A stretch of 64,000 nucleotides of DNA. Source: an uncultured Gemmatimonadales bacterium (GTDB lineage: Bacteria; Gemmatimonadota; Gemmatimonadetes; Gemmatimonadales; Gemmatimonadaceae). Made by a program: the position numbers and the translations under genes. Location of the stretch: positions 736,001 to 800,000 of the forward strand of contig CAVPQB010000003.1 in the NCBI GenBank assembly GCA_963707505.1. Direction: 5' to 3'. Below are positions 10,229-22,647 of this stretch, in pieces (position 1 is the stretch's first letter; every line of letters starts with the position of its first letter). The notes beneath the pieces are model-generated. The model did not search any database. It was not told the DNA's origin and saw only the letters and a program-made list of their open reading frames with translations.

Positions 10229-11284
10229 ATGCCGGAAGTAGCTTTGGACACCCAATCCATGTCTCGCGCCGAGATCACCACCCCGGAAGTCATCGCCGAC
10301 GAATCGGTGGTGGAGCTTTCGCTCCGACCGCAGAAGCTTGCCGAGTTCATCGGGCAGCCCAAGGTCAAGGAGTCACTCCGCATCTACATCGATGCGGCGC
10401 TCGCGCGGCGCGAGCCATTGGATCACACTTTGTTCTTCGGACCGCCCGGACTGGGAAAGACCACACTCGCCGAGCTCATCGCGCGCGAGCTCGGCGTGAA
10501 CATCCACTCGACGTCGGGACCAGCGCTGGAAAAACCCGGAGATCTCGTGGGTACGCTCACCAACATGCGAGCCGGCGACATCCTCTTCATCGATGAGATT
10601 CATCGCCTGCGTCCGGTGATCGAGGAGTTTCTGTATCCCGCGATGGAAGACTACAGGATCGACATCAGGTTGTCGGAAGGCCCGAAGGCGCAGACCATCA
10701 CGATGCCGATCGAGCGTTTCACGCTCATTGGTGCGACCACGCGGCTCGGCATGCTCACAGCGCCGCTCCGCGCTCGATTCGGCATCGAGCAGCGACTCAA
10801 CTACTACCCGGTCGAGGCGCTCGAGCTCATAGTTCGCCGTACCGCCGAGGTGCTCAAGACAGAAATCGACGCGAGCGGCACCCACGAGATCGCGCGCCGT
10901 TCACGCGGAACACCACGCGTCGCGAATCGGCTGCTGCGCAGGGTGCGCGACTACGCACAGGTGCGTGCCGACGGTATCATCACGCTGCCAGTCGCCGATG
11001 AAGCGCTGCAGATGCTCGACGTCGATCAGTTCGGACTGGACGACATGGACTCGCGCATTCTCAAGACCATCATCGAGAAATTCGATGGTGGGCCGGTCGG
11101 CATAACGACCATCGCGGCCGCCGTCGGCGAGGATGCTGGAACGATCGAGGAAGTGTACGAGCCGTTCCTCGTACAGAACGGATTTCTGCAGCGCACGCCG
11201 CGCGGACGAGTCGCGACACCGCAGGCGTACCGACACTTCGGTTACACGCCGCCAGCGCAGGCGCAGCAAACCAGCTTGCTCTGA
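10229..11284 (+). CDS. ruvB: Holliday junction DNA helicase RuvB
   Basis: [43 protein letters not shown]. Confidence 0.97.
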   Translation: MPEVALDTQSMSRAEITTPEVIADESVVELSLRPQKLAEFIGQPKVKESLRIYIDAALARREPLDHTLFFGPPGLGKTTLAELIARELGVNIHSTSGPALEKPGDLVGTLTNMRAGDILFIDEIHRLRPVIEEFLYPAMEDYRIDIRLSEGPKAQTITMPIERFTLIGATTRLGMLTAPLRARFGIEQRLNYYPVEALELIVRRTAEVLKTEIDASGTHEIARRSRGTPRVANRLLRRVRDYAQVRADGIITLPVADEALQMLDVDQFGLDDMDSRILKTIIEKFDGGPVGITTIAAAVGEDAGTIEEVYEPFLVQNGFLQRTPRGRVATPQAYRHFGYTPPAQAQQTSLL

Positions 11285-11300
11285 TATCGGGCCATGCACG

Positions 11301-11336
11301 CAAAGAGGCTCCGAGGAATTCCTCGGAGCCTCTTTG
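11301..11336. terminator. Perfect 36-bp palindrome, probable intrinsic terminator after ruvB
   Basis: CAAAGAGGCTCCGAGGAA|TTCCTCGGAGCCTCTTTG. Confidence 0.65.
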
Positions 11337-11461
11337 TCGCAGTGTTGGCACTGCTACAGGTCATCGCCAATGGCCTTGCGGATATATGACCATTCCCAAT
11401 TTTCGTCAATCAGCCAGCCCGTGCCAGGGACAGGATTATCATTATCCTGCACAAGACTCCC

Positions 11462-13961
<2,500 letters not shown>

Positions 13962-13967
13962 CGAGCG

Positions 13968-14579
13968 GTGGCGGTACTCGATATTCGCGTGCTCGGAGAC
14001 CCGATCCTGCGCGAGCGCACCGATCGTCTTCGAGCTGTTACCGATGACGTTCGTGCGCTCGTAGCAGACATGTTCGACACGATGCACGCCGCCGAGGGGA
14101 TTGGTCTCGCCGCGCCGCAGGTCGGCCGCAAGGAGCGCGTCTTCGTGATGGATGTCGATGACGATCCCATGGCGATGGTGAATCCCGAGATCATCGAGCG
14201 CGAAGGCTCGGAGCGTGCAGAAGAGGGCTGCCTCTCCATCCCGGAGATCTTTGGCGACGTGGATCGCGCGACGCGGATTGTCGTGCGAGCCCTCGACGCC
14301 GATGGCAAGCCATTCGAGGTCGAGCTCACGGATCTCGCCGCCCGGTGCGTGCAACACGAGCTGGACCACCTCGACGGCAAGCTCTTCATCGACTACATGA
14401 GCCTGATCAAACGGAAGTTCACCGCGCGAAAGTGGGAGAAGGAAGCGGCCAACTATCCGGGTTTCGTCCGCAAGCTCGAGCCCGGGAAGGCGCGTTCGCG
14501 AAAGTCTCGCTCGCGCAGCAAATCGACGGATGCTGCATCGACGGATGCTGCCGCGCCGCCATTCGAGCCGGAGCTCTGA
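13968..14579 (+). CDS. def: Peptide deformylase
   Basis: GIGLAAPQ, EGCLS, QHELDHLDG. Confidence 0.96.
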   Translation: MAVLDIRVLGDPILRERTDRLRAVTDDVRALVADMFDTMHAAEGIGLAAPQVGRKERVFVMDVDDDPMAMVNPEIIEREGSERAEEGCLSIPEIFGDVDRATRIVVRALDADGKPFEVELTDLAARCVQHELDHLDGKLFIDYMSLIKRKFTARKWEKEAANYPGFVRKLEPGKARSRKSRSRSKSTDAASTDAAAPPFEPEL

Positions 14580-14586
14580 CTTTCCC

Positions 14587-15513
14587 ATGCGCGTAATGTT
14601 CTGGGGCACACCCGATTTCGCCGCACCCGCACTACGTGCGCTCGTCGGCGAGGGATTCGAGGTTTGCGCCGTCGTTACTCGTCCGGACAGACCGGTGGGA
14701 CGTGATCGTGTGCTCACGCAGCCCGCGGTCAAGCAGATAGCCCTCGAAGAGTCGCTCCCCGTCTTCCAACCCGAGTCACCGCGGGAGGAAGACTTCCATG
14801 AGCTCATCGAGGCGGTCGCCCCGGATCTCTCCGTCGTCGTCGCCTATGGCCACATCCTGCCACGCGCCATTATCGAGGTCCCCAGACACGGGACGCTCAA
14901 CATTCACGCATCACTACTGCCAGCCCTTCGCGGCGCGTCTCCAATTCAGGGCGCGATCCGGCAGGGACTGACCGAGACTGGCATCACCATCATGCGGATG
15001 GTACCCGCACTCGATGCGGGACCGATCATCCTCCAGTCCCGCACGCCCATCGCCGATGACGAGACCTACGGCGAGCTCCAGGGCCGCCTGTCCGAGCTCG
15101 GCGCGCTCGCCCTGATCGAGGCACTCACCCTCATCGAGCTGGGCCACACGACCGAGCGTTTACAGGATGATTCCGTCGCGACCTACGCGGCCAAGGTAGA
15201 TCGAGATACTACTCGCATCGACTGGTCCCTCAGCGAGCACCAGGTCGCCAACGTGATCCGCGCCTACGACCCCAAGCCCGGCGCCTGGACTACCCACCGC
15301 GGTGCGGATATCAAGCTTTTCGGCGCAAAACGCATTTTCGACATGTCCGGGACTCCTGGAGAGGTACTCGACGCTGATGTGGATGGCCTCGTCGTTGCAT
15401 GCGGCGACGGCGCGGTCCGGCTCTGTGATGTCCAGCCAGCCGGCAAGCGCCGCATGCAGGCGATCGCCTGGCACCGCGGTCGTGGGATCTCGATCGGCGA
15501 TACGCTCGGCTAA
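14587..15513 (+). CDS. fmt: Methionyl-tRNA formyltransferase
   Basis: MRVMFWGTPDFA, VVAYG, NIHASLLP, LDAG, VQPAGKR. Confidence 0.96.
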   Translation: MRVMFWGTPDFAAPALRALVGEGFEVCAVVTRPDRPVGRDRVLTQPAVKQIALEESLPVFQPESPREEDFHELIEAVAPDLSVVVAYGHILPRAIIEVPRHGTLNIHASLLPALRGASPIQGAIRQGLTETGITIMRMVPALDAGPIILQSRTPIADDETYGELQGRLSELGALALIEALTLIELGHTTERLQDDSVATYAAKVDRDTTRIDWSLSEHQVANVIRAYDPKPGAWTTHRGADIKLFGAKRIFDMSGTPGEVLDADVDGLVVACGDGAVRLCDVQPAGKRRMQAIAWHRGRGISIGDTLG

Positions 15514-16108
15514 CCACCCACGCCCACCGGAGTCAGCAGCGCCGAAGTGAGGCTAATGACCGACTCTGAAATGTGTCGCGCCAGCTCAACGGGTGTTGGA
15601 CGCAAGCGTCACTGAACAGACCCGGCAGCACAACTAAAAACGGTCACAACAGGCATGGGTCGACACCTTCATCGGCTCAAATCTCAGGCGGAAAACCCGG
15701 TTCCCTGGGTTCACAATGCCGGCTCCCCGCAGGCAGATCACCGGAAAATCGAGGTCTACGCCCGGGAGATGAGCCTGATTGCCAGCTCGGCCAACGCTCG
15801 AGGATGCAAAGTCGGGCAGTAATGGATATTTGTTCTGCATGAACGAATGTTCACTATATATTCGCCCCGGCACGACACTCGCTTAAACTCTCACAAATTT
15901 GAGAAACGATTCGCAGATGTCAGTTATTGTTGAGAACCGGACTAATCTGCGCAATCGTGAGTCAATAAACTTTCGTAACCCTCGGATCAAGTGACACGCC
16001 TTAGATCGTGCACTTCGCGGGGGGCAGTTGGCATTTACGGCGCCCGCTCGTTTGGAGAGGCCGTTCTTGGCAGCGCCCTGCGCGACGTTCCTTTTGCCAG
16101 TGTAAATA

Positions 16109-17578
16109 ATGAGCACGAATCCCGGAATCATCGGGGACGGGCAGTTGCCGGGATATTCCCGAGTCCGTCCGACGATGCGAAGCCACAACCCTGTCGCCGT
16201 CAACAACCGGGATGTTGAAAGCGTGAGCTCTGAGATTAGGGAAACCTCCTCTGGCAGCGCCATGCGCAGCTCGTCGATCACGCCGACGCGGATCATTGCC
16301 GCCGAAGTCTGCGCAGATGTTCGGGCCGGACAGCTGCTGGATCCGTCGTTCGAGCGGCACACCACCCAGATCGATTCCCGCGACCGGAGATGGACGCAGG
16401 AACTGCTTTACGGGATGATGCGCAAGCGTGCCTTCCTCGACTCGGTCCTCTCTGATCGTGTCCGCGGTGGGCTCGTGCGGCTCGATCCGGACCTCATCGA
16501 CCTGCTCAGGCTCGGCTCCTATCAGCTGCTCTGCATGGGATCGGTCCCCGCCTACGCCGCGATCGCTCAGACAGTGGAACTCACCAAGACGCGCCACGGA
16601 ATCGGGGCCAGCAAGCTCGCGAACGCCGTCTTGCGGCGAACCGACCGGGAGCGCGCCAACCTCGGCGTCGCGACCCCGCCAGATCCTATCGATGCACTCG
16701 CGCTCGCCAATTCGCACCCTCGCTGGCTGGTCGCCCGGTGGGTGGCACGGTGGGGCGCCGAGGAGACGGCCGCACTCCTGGCGGCAAACAACACCGAGGC
16801 TCCGGTAGTGCTCAGACCGTTCAATACGAGCCGTGCTGAGTTGGCCGAGATGCTTGTGGCGGCGGGAGTACCGGCGCACGGAGCCCCGCTAGTCGCCGAC
16901 TCCATCGAATTGGGGCACGGCGTTTCGCTTACCGAGCTCGATGCGTTCACACGCGGGCTGTTCTTCGTGCAGGATCCGGCAGCGACACTTGTCGTTCAGT
17001 ACGCGGGCATCGCGCCCGGCTCCCGAGTCGCGGATCTGTGCGCGGCACCGGGCGGCAAGACGTTCGAGATGGCCCGCGATGCAGAGGTTGTCTTTGCGGC
17101 CGATCGGTCGGCCGCACGCATGCAACGCGTCATTTCGACGGCGCTTCGGCTCAATTCGAAGAATGTCGTGTCGCTCGTGGACGACGCTCGACATCCGGCC
17201 CTGCGCGACATGGATGCAGTGCTGGTCGATGTGCCCTGCACGGGCACGGGCACCTTCCGGCGCCATCCTGACGCTCGCTGGCGCCTCAAGGCCTCGGATC
17301 TCGCCGTGATGCCGGCGATCCAGCGGTCCATCGTCCGGGCCGCCGCCGAAGCAGTGAAGCCGGGCGGACTGCTGATCTACAGCACATGCTCGCTCGAACC
17401 GGAGGAGAACGACGTCCAGGTGGAGACGTTCCTCGACGACCACCCCGAATTCACGCTCGAGCCGCCGCCTGATGGCGTGGTACCTGCTTCCACCCTCGAT
17501 GCGGGACGCCTTCGCGTCCTACCGCACAGGCATGGAACCGACGGCGCCTTCGCCGCAAGACTTCGGAGATCTGAATAG
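16109..17578 (+). CDS. rsmB: 16S rRNA m5C967 methyltransferase RsmB (true start may be downstream, e.g. 16262)
   Basis: NusB-like N-terminus, SHPRW, VQD, DLCAAPGGKT, DVPCTGTG, YSTCS. Confidence 0.92.
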   Translation: MSTNPGIIGDGQLPGYSRVRPTMRSHNPVAVNNRDVESVSSEIRETSSGSAMRSSSITPTRIIAAEVCADVRAGQLLDPSFERHTTQIDSRDRRWTQELLYGMMRKRAFLDSVLSDRVRGGLVRLDPDLIDLLRLGSYQLLCMGSVPAYAAIAQTVELTKTRHGIGASKLANAVLRRTDRERANLGVATPPDPIDALALANSHPRWLVARWVARWGAEETAALLAANNTEAPVVLRPFNTSRAELAEMLVAAGVPAHGAPLVADSIELGHGVSLTELDAFTRGLFFVQDPAATLVVQYAGIAPGSRVADLCAAPGGKTFEMARDAEVVFAADRSAARMQRVISTALRLNSKNVVSLVDDARHPALRDMDAVLVDVPCTGTGTFRRHPDARWRLKASDLAVMPAIQRSIVRAAAEAVKPGGLLIYSTCSLEPEENDVQVETFLDDHPEFTLEPPPDGVVPASTLDAGRLRVLPHRHGTDGAFAARLRRSE

Positions 17579-18115
17579 GTGAATTTTCGCGCGCTCCTGC
17601 GGCGTGCGTTTCCTTACATAGTGATCGGCATCGGCGGCTTCGCGCTTGCTTACGTCGTGATCTTGATCTTCGTTCTTCCGACGAAGATCGTTCCATCAGC
17701 GCCGCAGCCTTCCGCTCCCGCGTCGTCGCCGGCACTTCAGCCTATCGACACTGGAGTCGCTCAGCCCCCGCCGATGCCGGCAGAGCCTCCGCCGGTTACC
17801 GCTCGAATCATTCAGCCGCCACGGGACACGACGCCCGTCATCACCCCTGATCTGGTGGGCATGTCACTCCCGGATGCGCGCGGCGTCCTGAACAACCTGC
17901 GTCTCAGAACCGTCGTCACCCGCGATACCAGCTCGTTCCAGCCGCCAAATACCGTGATTCGGCAGGATCCAGCCGCAAATTCGTCCATCAGAGCTGGTGA
18001 ATCCGTCACTCTCACTGTCTCGTACTTTCCTCCGGACAGCACCTCCAATACAATCCGGGTACCGCGCACGAGCGCGCCACCGAATATCCGGCCAGTCGCA
18101 GATTCGCTCCACTAG
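17579..18115 (+). CDS. Membrane-anchored PASTA domain protein
   Basis: N-terminal TM, Pro-rich linker, PDLVGMSL...VIRQDPAA...VTLTVS. Confidence 0.8.
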   Translation: MNFRALLRRAFPYIVIGIGGFALAYVVILIFVLPTKIVPSAPQPSAPASSPALQPIDTGVAQPPPMPAEPPPVTARIIQPPRDTTPVITPDLVGMSLPDARGVLNNLRLRTVVTRDTSSFQPPNTVIRQDPAANSSIRAGESVTLTVSYFPPDSTSNTIRVPRTSAPPNIRPVADSLH

Positions 18116-18142
18116 CCGGACACGACCCATCCAAAGCACGTC

Positions 18143-18817
18143 ATGACAGTGAAACCAATTCGCATCGCCCCCTCGATACTGAGCGCGGACTTCGCATGCC
18201 TTCGCGACGAGATCGACATGTGTACGCAAGGCGGCGCTGACTGGATTCACGTCGATGTGATGGATGGGCAGTTCGTTCCGAATCTGACGTTCGGTACCAA
18301 GGTGATCGATGCGGTGAGACGTTGCACGGAGCTCCCCATCGACGTTCATCTGATGGTGATCCATCCGGAATCGTACTTCGAGGATTTCGCACGCGCCGGC
18401 GCAACGGGACTGACGATCCACGCCGAGGCCACCGTACACCTCCAGCGTCACCTGTCCCACATCAGGTCGCTTGGCTGTCGAGCGGGGGTCGCGATCAATC
18501 CCGCGACTTCGCTCGACTCCGTGCGCGAAGTCACGGACGACATCGATCTCCTGCTCGTGATGACGGTCAATCCGGGATTCGGAGGGCAGGCGTTCATTCC
18601 GGCGTCGATCGACAAGATCCGTCGCGCGCGGCGTCTGCTCGACGAGTCACGCTCCGATGCGGACCTGGAAGTCGATGGCGGTGTCGCGCGCGACACGATT
18701 CTGCAATGCCGTCGTGCCGGCGCCGACACGTTCGTCGCTGGCAATGCGATCTTCTCGGCGTCCAGACCATCTGCAGAAATTGGCGAGCTGAAGGCCGCCG
18801 CGACGGAGCTGGCATGA
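18143..18817 (+). CDS. rpe: Ribulose-phosphate 3-epimerase
   Basis: IAPSILSADF, HVDVMDG, DVHLM, MTVNPGFGGQ, EVDGG. Confidence 0.97.
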   Translation: MTVKPIRIAPSILSADFACLRDEIDMCTQGGADWIHVDVMDGQFVPNLTFGTKVIDAVRRCTELPIDVHLMVIHPESYFEDFARAGATGLTIHAEATVHLQRHLSHIRSLGCRAGVAINPATSLDSVREVTDDIDLLLVMTVNPGFGGQAFIPASIDKIRRARRLLDESRSDADLEVDGGVARDTILQCRRAGADTFVAGNAIFSASRPSAEIGELKAAATELA

Positions 18818-19356
18818 CCGGCCGCGGACAGCTGGGCGTTGTTGCAATAGTGCTCGTTGCAGTAGCCGCAATCGGCTTCGCAGTTACACGCGTGCTCGGA
18901 ACAGAGCTCACGCCGCTTGGTGCCGGCACGAGAGCTCCTGACTTTCATGCGGTAACGCTCGACACTCCACCCAAACCGAAGTCTCTCGCAGATTACAAGG
19001 GACAGGTTGTTCTGGTCAATGTGTGGGCGACATGGTGCCAACCGTGCAGAGTCGAGATGCCGAGCATCGAGCGCCTGTACAAGACTTACGGGCCCAAGGG
19101 CTTGCGTGTCGTCGCGGTGAGCATCGACGATCCGGGTACCGAGCCAGCCATTCGCGCGTTCGTACGTGACATGGGAATGACATTCGACGTGCTGCACGAT
19201 CCTGCTGGCAAGATCGAGCACGCATACCAGGTGACCGGTTACCCGGAAACCGTGATCATCGGCAAGGACGGCGTCATTCGAAAGAAAGTTGCGATGGCCA
19301 TCGACTGGGACACAGAGGGAAACCGCCGTCTCATCGAACATCTGCTTGCGGAATGA
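18814..19356 (+). CDS. TlpA/ResA family thiol-disulfide oxidoreductase
   Basis: N-terminal TM, NVWATWCQPCRVEMP, YPET. Confidence 0.9.
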   Translation: MTGRGQLGVVAIVLVAVAAIGFAVTRVLGTELTPLGAGTRAPDFHAVTLDTPPKPKSLADYKGQVVLVNVWATWCQPCRVEMPSIERLYKTYGPKGLRVVAVSIDDPGTEPAIRAFVRDMGMTFDVLHDPAGKIEHAYQVTGYPETVIIGKDGVIRKKVAMAIDWDTEGNRRLIEHLLAE

Positions 19357-19374
19357 CATGAGCATGACGCTGTC

Positions 19375-20409
19375 ATGACTCGCATCCTTGGTATCGAGAC
19401 ATCGTGCGATGAAACGTCAGCTGCGATTGTCGACGACGCGAATGGCGTTCCAACGCTTCGCTCACTCGTCATTCTGTCGCAGGATGTGCATCGCGTGTTC
19501 GGAGGTGTAGTCCCGGAGATCGCGTCGCGCGCACATCTCACGGCGATAGTTCCCGTGGTACGCGAGACTGTTGCACAGGCAGCCACTACCCTGGGTGACC
19601 TCGACGCTGTGGCGGTCACGACCGAGCCAGGACTGGTTGGTGCGCTCATGGTAGGACTCAACTACGCCAAGGGTCTGTCGCTCGCGCTCGATATTCCGAT
19701 GGTCGCGGTCCATCACATGGAAGGCCATCTCTTCGCGACTTCGCTGGATGATGCGACCGCCCAGCCACCGTTCACGGCGCTGCTGGTTTCCGGCGGTCAT
19801 ACTCTGTTGCTGGATGTTCCAGCGTGGGGCAAGTACAAGCTGCTCGGCTCCACGCGCGATGACGCCGCCGGCGAAGCGTTCGACAAGGTCGCGAAGTTGC
19901 TTGGCTTGCCATATCCCGGCGGGCGTCACGTGGAAGCGCTCGCCCGCGACGGAGATCCTTCGCGTTTCCACTTCAGCCGTCCGATGTTGCACAGAAATAC
20001 ACCGAACGATGATTCGTCATATTTTGACGTTTCATTCAGCGGACTCAAGACCGCTGTGCTCAATGCGGTACGCGGCTCGACCGACATCGAGCGCGATCGT
20101 GCCGACATCGCCCGCGGATTTCAGGATGCGCTCATCGAGACACTTGTCGAGAAAACCGCGCGTGCGGCCGCGATGTTTCATCGCGATCGGATAGTGCTCG
20201 GCGGTGGCGTCGCCTGCAATCACACGTTGATCGAGGCGATGCGCGCGCGGATGGGCATCCACGTCGAGGTGTTTGCGCCTACCCCGCGACTCGCTACGGA
20301 CAACGCCGCCATGATCGCCCGGGCGGGACTCTTCCGTTATAATCATGGTGAGCGGGCATCGCTCGACCATGCCGCACGAGCGACCGCACCACTTCCTGGC
20401 CAGGAATGA
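19375..20409 (+). CDS. tsaD: tRNA t6A37 threonylcarbamoyltransferase subunit TsaD
   Basis: LGIETSCDET, GGVVPEIASRAH, HHMEGH, VSGGHT, DDAAGEAFDK, TDNAAMIA. Confidence 0.96.
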   Translation: MTRILGIETSCDETSAAIVDDANGVPTLRSLVILSQDVHRVFGGVVPEIASRAHLTAIVPVVRETVAQAATTLGDLDAVAVTTEPGLVGALMVGLNYAKGLSLALDIPMVAVHHMEGHLFATSLDDATAQPPFTALLVSGGHTLLLDVPAWGKYKLLGSTRDDAAGEAFDKVAKLLGLPYPGGRHVEALARDGDPSRFHFSRPMLHRNTPNDDSSYFDVSFSGLKTAVLNAVRGSTDIERDRADIARGFQDALIETLVEKTARAAAMFHRDRIVLGGGVACNHTLIEAMRARMGIHVEVFAPTPRLATDNAAMIARAGLFRYNHGERASLDHAARATAPLPGQE

Positions 20410-21260
20410 CCCACATCTTCGCTTCGATCTCACAGAACGCCTTCACCTACAACATCGGCCGATTCGAGTTCACCGGATTCGGCATCGCGATGCTGGCAGC
20501 ATTCATAATTGCCCAGATCGTCGCGCAGCGCGAGATGTGGCGCCGCGGCCACGATCCGGCGCCGATCTCCGACCTGGTCTTTGCGGCGGTGATCGGCGGA
20601 ATACTCGGCGGCAAGATCTACTACGCGATACTGATGGACGACGCCAGCGCGCTCTTCAGCCGAGCTGGTCTGGTATTCTGGGGCGGACTCATTGGTGGAA
20701 TCATCGCCGTGCTGTTCGTCGCGTGGCGCAAGAAGATGAGCCTGCTGCGCGTCGCGGACGTCGGAGGAATTGCCGTCGCCGCCGCCTACTCCATCGGACG
20801 TACCGGTTGCTGGGCAGTCGGAGACGACTATGGCCGACCGTGGAATGGACCGTGGGCCGTCTCATTTCCGAACGGCGCGCCGCCGAGTACGGTGGAGAAC
20901 ATGACGCGCATGTTCCACATGCCATTCCCCGCTGGAATGAATCCGATGCAGGTGGTGTCGGTGCACCCGACGCAGCTGTACGAAGTTGTGCTCGCGTTCA
21001 TCATGTTCCTGATTCTCTGGCGCCTGCGTGATCATGCGCACGCGGAAGGCTGGCTGTTCGGTCTCTATTGCGTGCTGGCCGGAACCGAGCGCTTCTTCAT
21101 GGAAATCTTTCGTGCGAAGGACGACCGCTTTTTCGGCCCGTTTACAACCGCCCAGGTGATCGCCGTGCTGTTCGTGATTGCGGGAGTAATCATCATGCAG
21201 CTTCGCCGCGACGTTACCGAGCGCGCACCGGGAATTCACGCACAACCCCGCTCGGCGTGA
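20406..21260 (+). CDS. lgt: Prolipoprotein diacylglyceryl transferase
   Basis: Multi-TM, GLVFWGG, IGRTGC, YG.P, HPTQLYE, RFFMEIFR. Confidence 0.9.
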   Translation: MTHIFASISQNAFTYNIGRFEFTGFGIAMLAAFIIAQIVAQREMWRRGHDPAPISDLVFAAVIGGILGGKIYYAILMDDASALFSRAGLVFWGGLIGGIIAVLFVAWRKKMSLLRVADVGGIAVAAAYSIGRTGCWAVGDDYGRPWNGPWAVSFPNGAPPSTVENMTRMFHMPFPAGMNPMQVVSVHPTQLYEVVLAFIMFLILWRLRDHAHAEGWLFGLYCVLAGTERFFMEIFRAKDDRFFGPFTTAQVIAVLFVIAGVIIMQLRRDVTERAPGIHAQPRSA

Positions 21261-21299
21261 CCCCCTCCCGCCCGCAACGTGGTTTTGGAGACCAGGTGA

Positions 21300-21899
21300 T
21301 CAACCTGGCTCGAGATCCTGGTCGCAGATAGCGGCCTTCCGTCCGGTCCGTGCCTCGTATGCGCGAACGAAATCGGTCAACCGATCGGCTGAAAACATCG
21401 CTCGCGGGATCCCGAGCGCGCTGATAGTGCGCTCGATACCCGCCCGGTAACCCTCCACCTCGACCAGTACATCCATCCGCGGATACTGCTCGAATCGGAT
21501 GACTATCCGCGCATCGGCCTCCGCGCCCTTGATCTCATACTGCACGATTTTTCGGTCAATCTGACCGACAACCCCGAAACCTATCCGGCTGAGGATTGCC
21601 CCCAACTCGCTCGGATCGGTCACACCGGTCGTCAACTCGGACCGAACCTTGAAGCCGTCTTCGCGCGATGTGGGGCCTTTCCAATCGAGGTGCGCCGTTA
21701 CGCCAAGTGGACTCACGTAGCTGCGAAGCCGCAGGACGAAATCACTCGCGGCAAGCATCCGATCTGGCGTGTCGTAAATCCGGTCGTGCAATGAGCCATC
21801 GAATACGAGCAGCCCTCCCGCGTTTTCGATGTTGCGACGCGCAGCACCGACATCTTGCACACGCGCCTTGAGCTCGACTTCCCGCGTTGGCTCGCCCAT
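21300..21899 (-). CDS. CYTH domain protein (class IV adenylate cyclase-like)
   Basis: EVELKAR (ExExK), YDTPD, LRLR, WKGP, EVEG. Confidence 0.8.
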   Translation of the reverse strand: MGEPTREVELKARVQDVGAARRNIENAGGLLVFDGSLHDRIYDTPDRMLAASDFVLRLRSYVSPLGVTAHLDWKGPTSREDGFKVRSELTTGVTDPSELGAILSRIGFGVVGQIDRKIVQYEIKGAEADARIVIRFEQYPRMDVLVEVEGYRAGIERTISALGIPRAMFSADRLTDFVRAYEARTGRKAAICDQDLEPG

Positions 21900-21930
21900 C
21901 GGCTGGCTCGTCGCTCGCTCATCGGCTCGC

Positions 21931-22623
21931 TCATCCGACGATCGCACTCATGACGGCATCCGTGTCGCTCAGATCAGGGAACACCGCGTACGGATCGTGC
22001 GCTCTCAACTCGTCCACCGAGTACGAGCCGGTCGCAACGGCAATAGCGCGCGCGCCCAGCGTCCTGCCGCACGAGATGTCGGCAGGTGTATCGCCGATGA
22101 CTATCACATCACGTCCTCCGAGTGTTACACCGAACGCATCCTGCATGCGCCGATGCGCGATCGCGGGCAGCTCTCCGCGTATTTCGTGATCGGACCCGAA
22201 GGCGTTGATGCGAAACTGCTCGAAGTCCAGACCAACGGCACCGAGCTTCAGCCTCGCGCCTGACTCCACATTGCCGGTGAGAAGCCCCAGAACAGAGTCA
22301 TCGCGCGCGTGCACCGCGTGAATCAACTCGGCCACCCCAGGATACAGACCGACGTGTCGCTCCGCGTCGCCGAGCCGGCTCGGGAGAGTTGCGACGTAAA
22401 GAGAAATGACCTGTTCCATGCGTGCGTCGATCTCCGCCCCGTCGATTCCGGCATCGAGCATGGATTCGCGCACGATCTGCTTGTCAGTCTTGCCGTCGTA
22501 GCGCATGGACGCGTCACCCGCAGTTCCAAAGACTGTAGCGAGAGCATGTTCCATCGCGTCGCGACCAGCGCCGCCGGAGTGGAGGATCGTGCCGTCTATA
22601 TCGAAAAGAACCAGATGTTGCAT
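21931..22623 (-). CDS. HAD-superfamily hydrolase
   Basis: LFDIDGT, LLTGN, IGDTPAD. Confidence 0.9.
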   Translation of the reverse strand: MQHLVLFDIDGTILHSGGAGRDAMEHALATVFGTAGDASMRYDGKTDKQIVRESMLDAGIDGAEIDARMEQVISLYVATLPSRLGDAERHVGLYPGVAELIHAVHARDDSVLGLLTGNVESGARLKLGAVGLDFEQFRINAFGSDHEIRGELPAIAHRRMQDAFGVTLGGRDVIVIGDTPADISCGRTLGARAIAVATGSYSVDELRAHDPYAVFPDLSDTDAVMSAIVG

Positions 22624-22647
22624 TATGGAAATGTGTGGGGGGGAGGC

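Noticed and set aside
11354..11452. 32-aa minus-strand ORF (VQDNDNPVPGTGWLIDENWEWSYIRKAIGDDL) with GGGAG upstream
   Set aside because: It overlaps the queA promoter and its RBS abuts the queA start; no independent support without Ribo-seq or conservation
15528..15830. Glycine, c-di-GMP-I or TPP riboswitch-like fragments (GCGCCGAAG, AATCTCAGG, GGATGCAAAG)
   Set aside because: Only isolated words match; the required order, spacing and stems could not be assembled by eye
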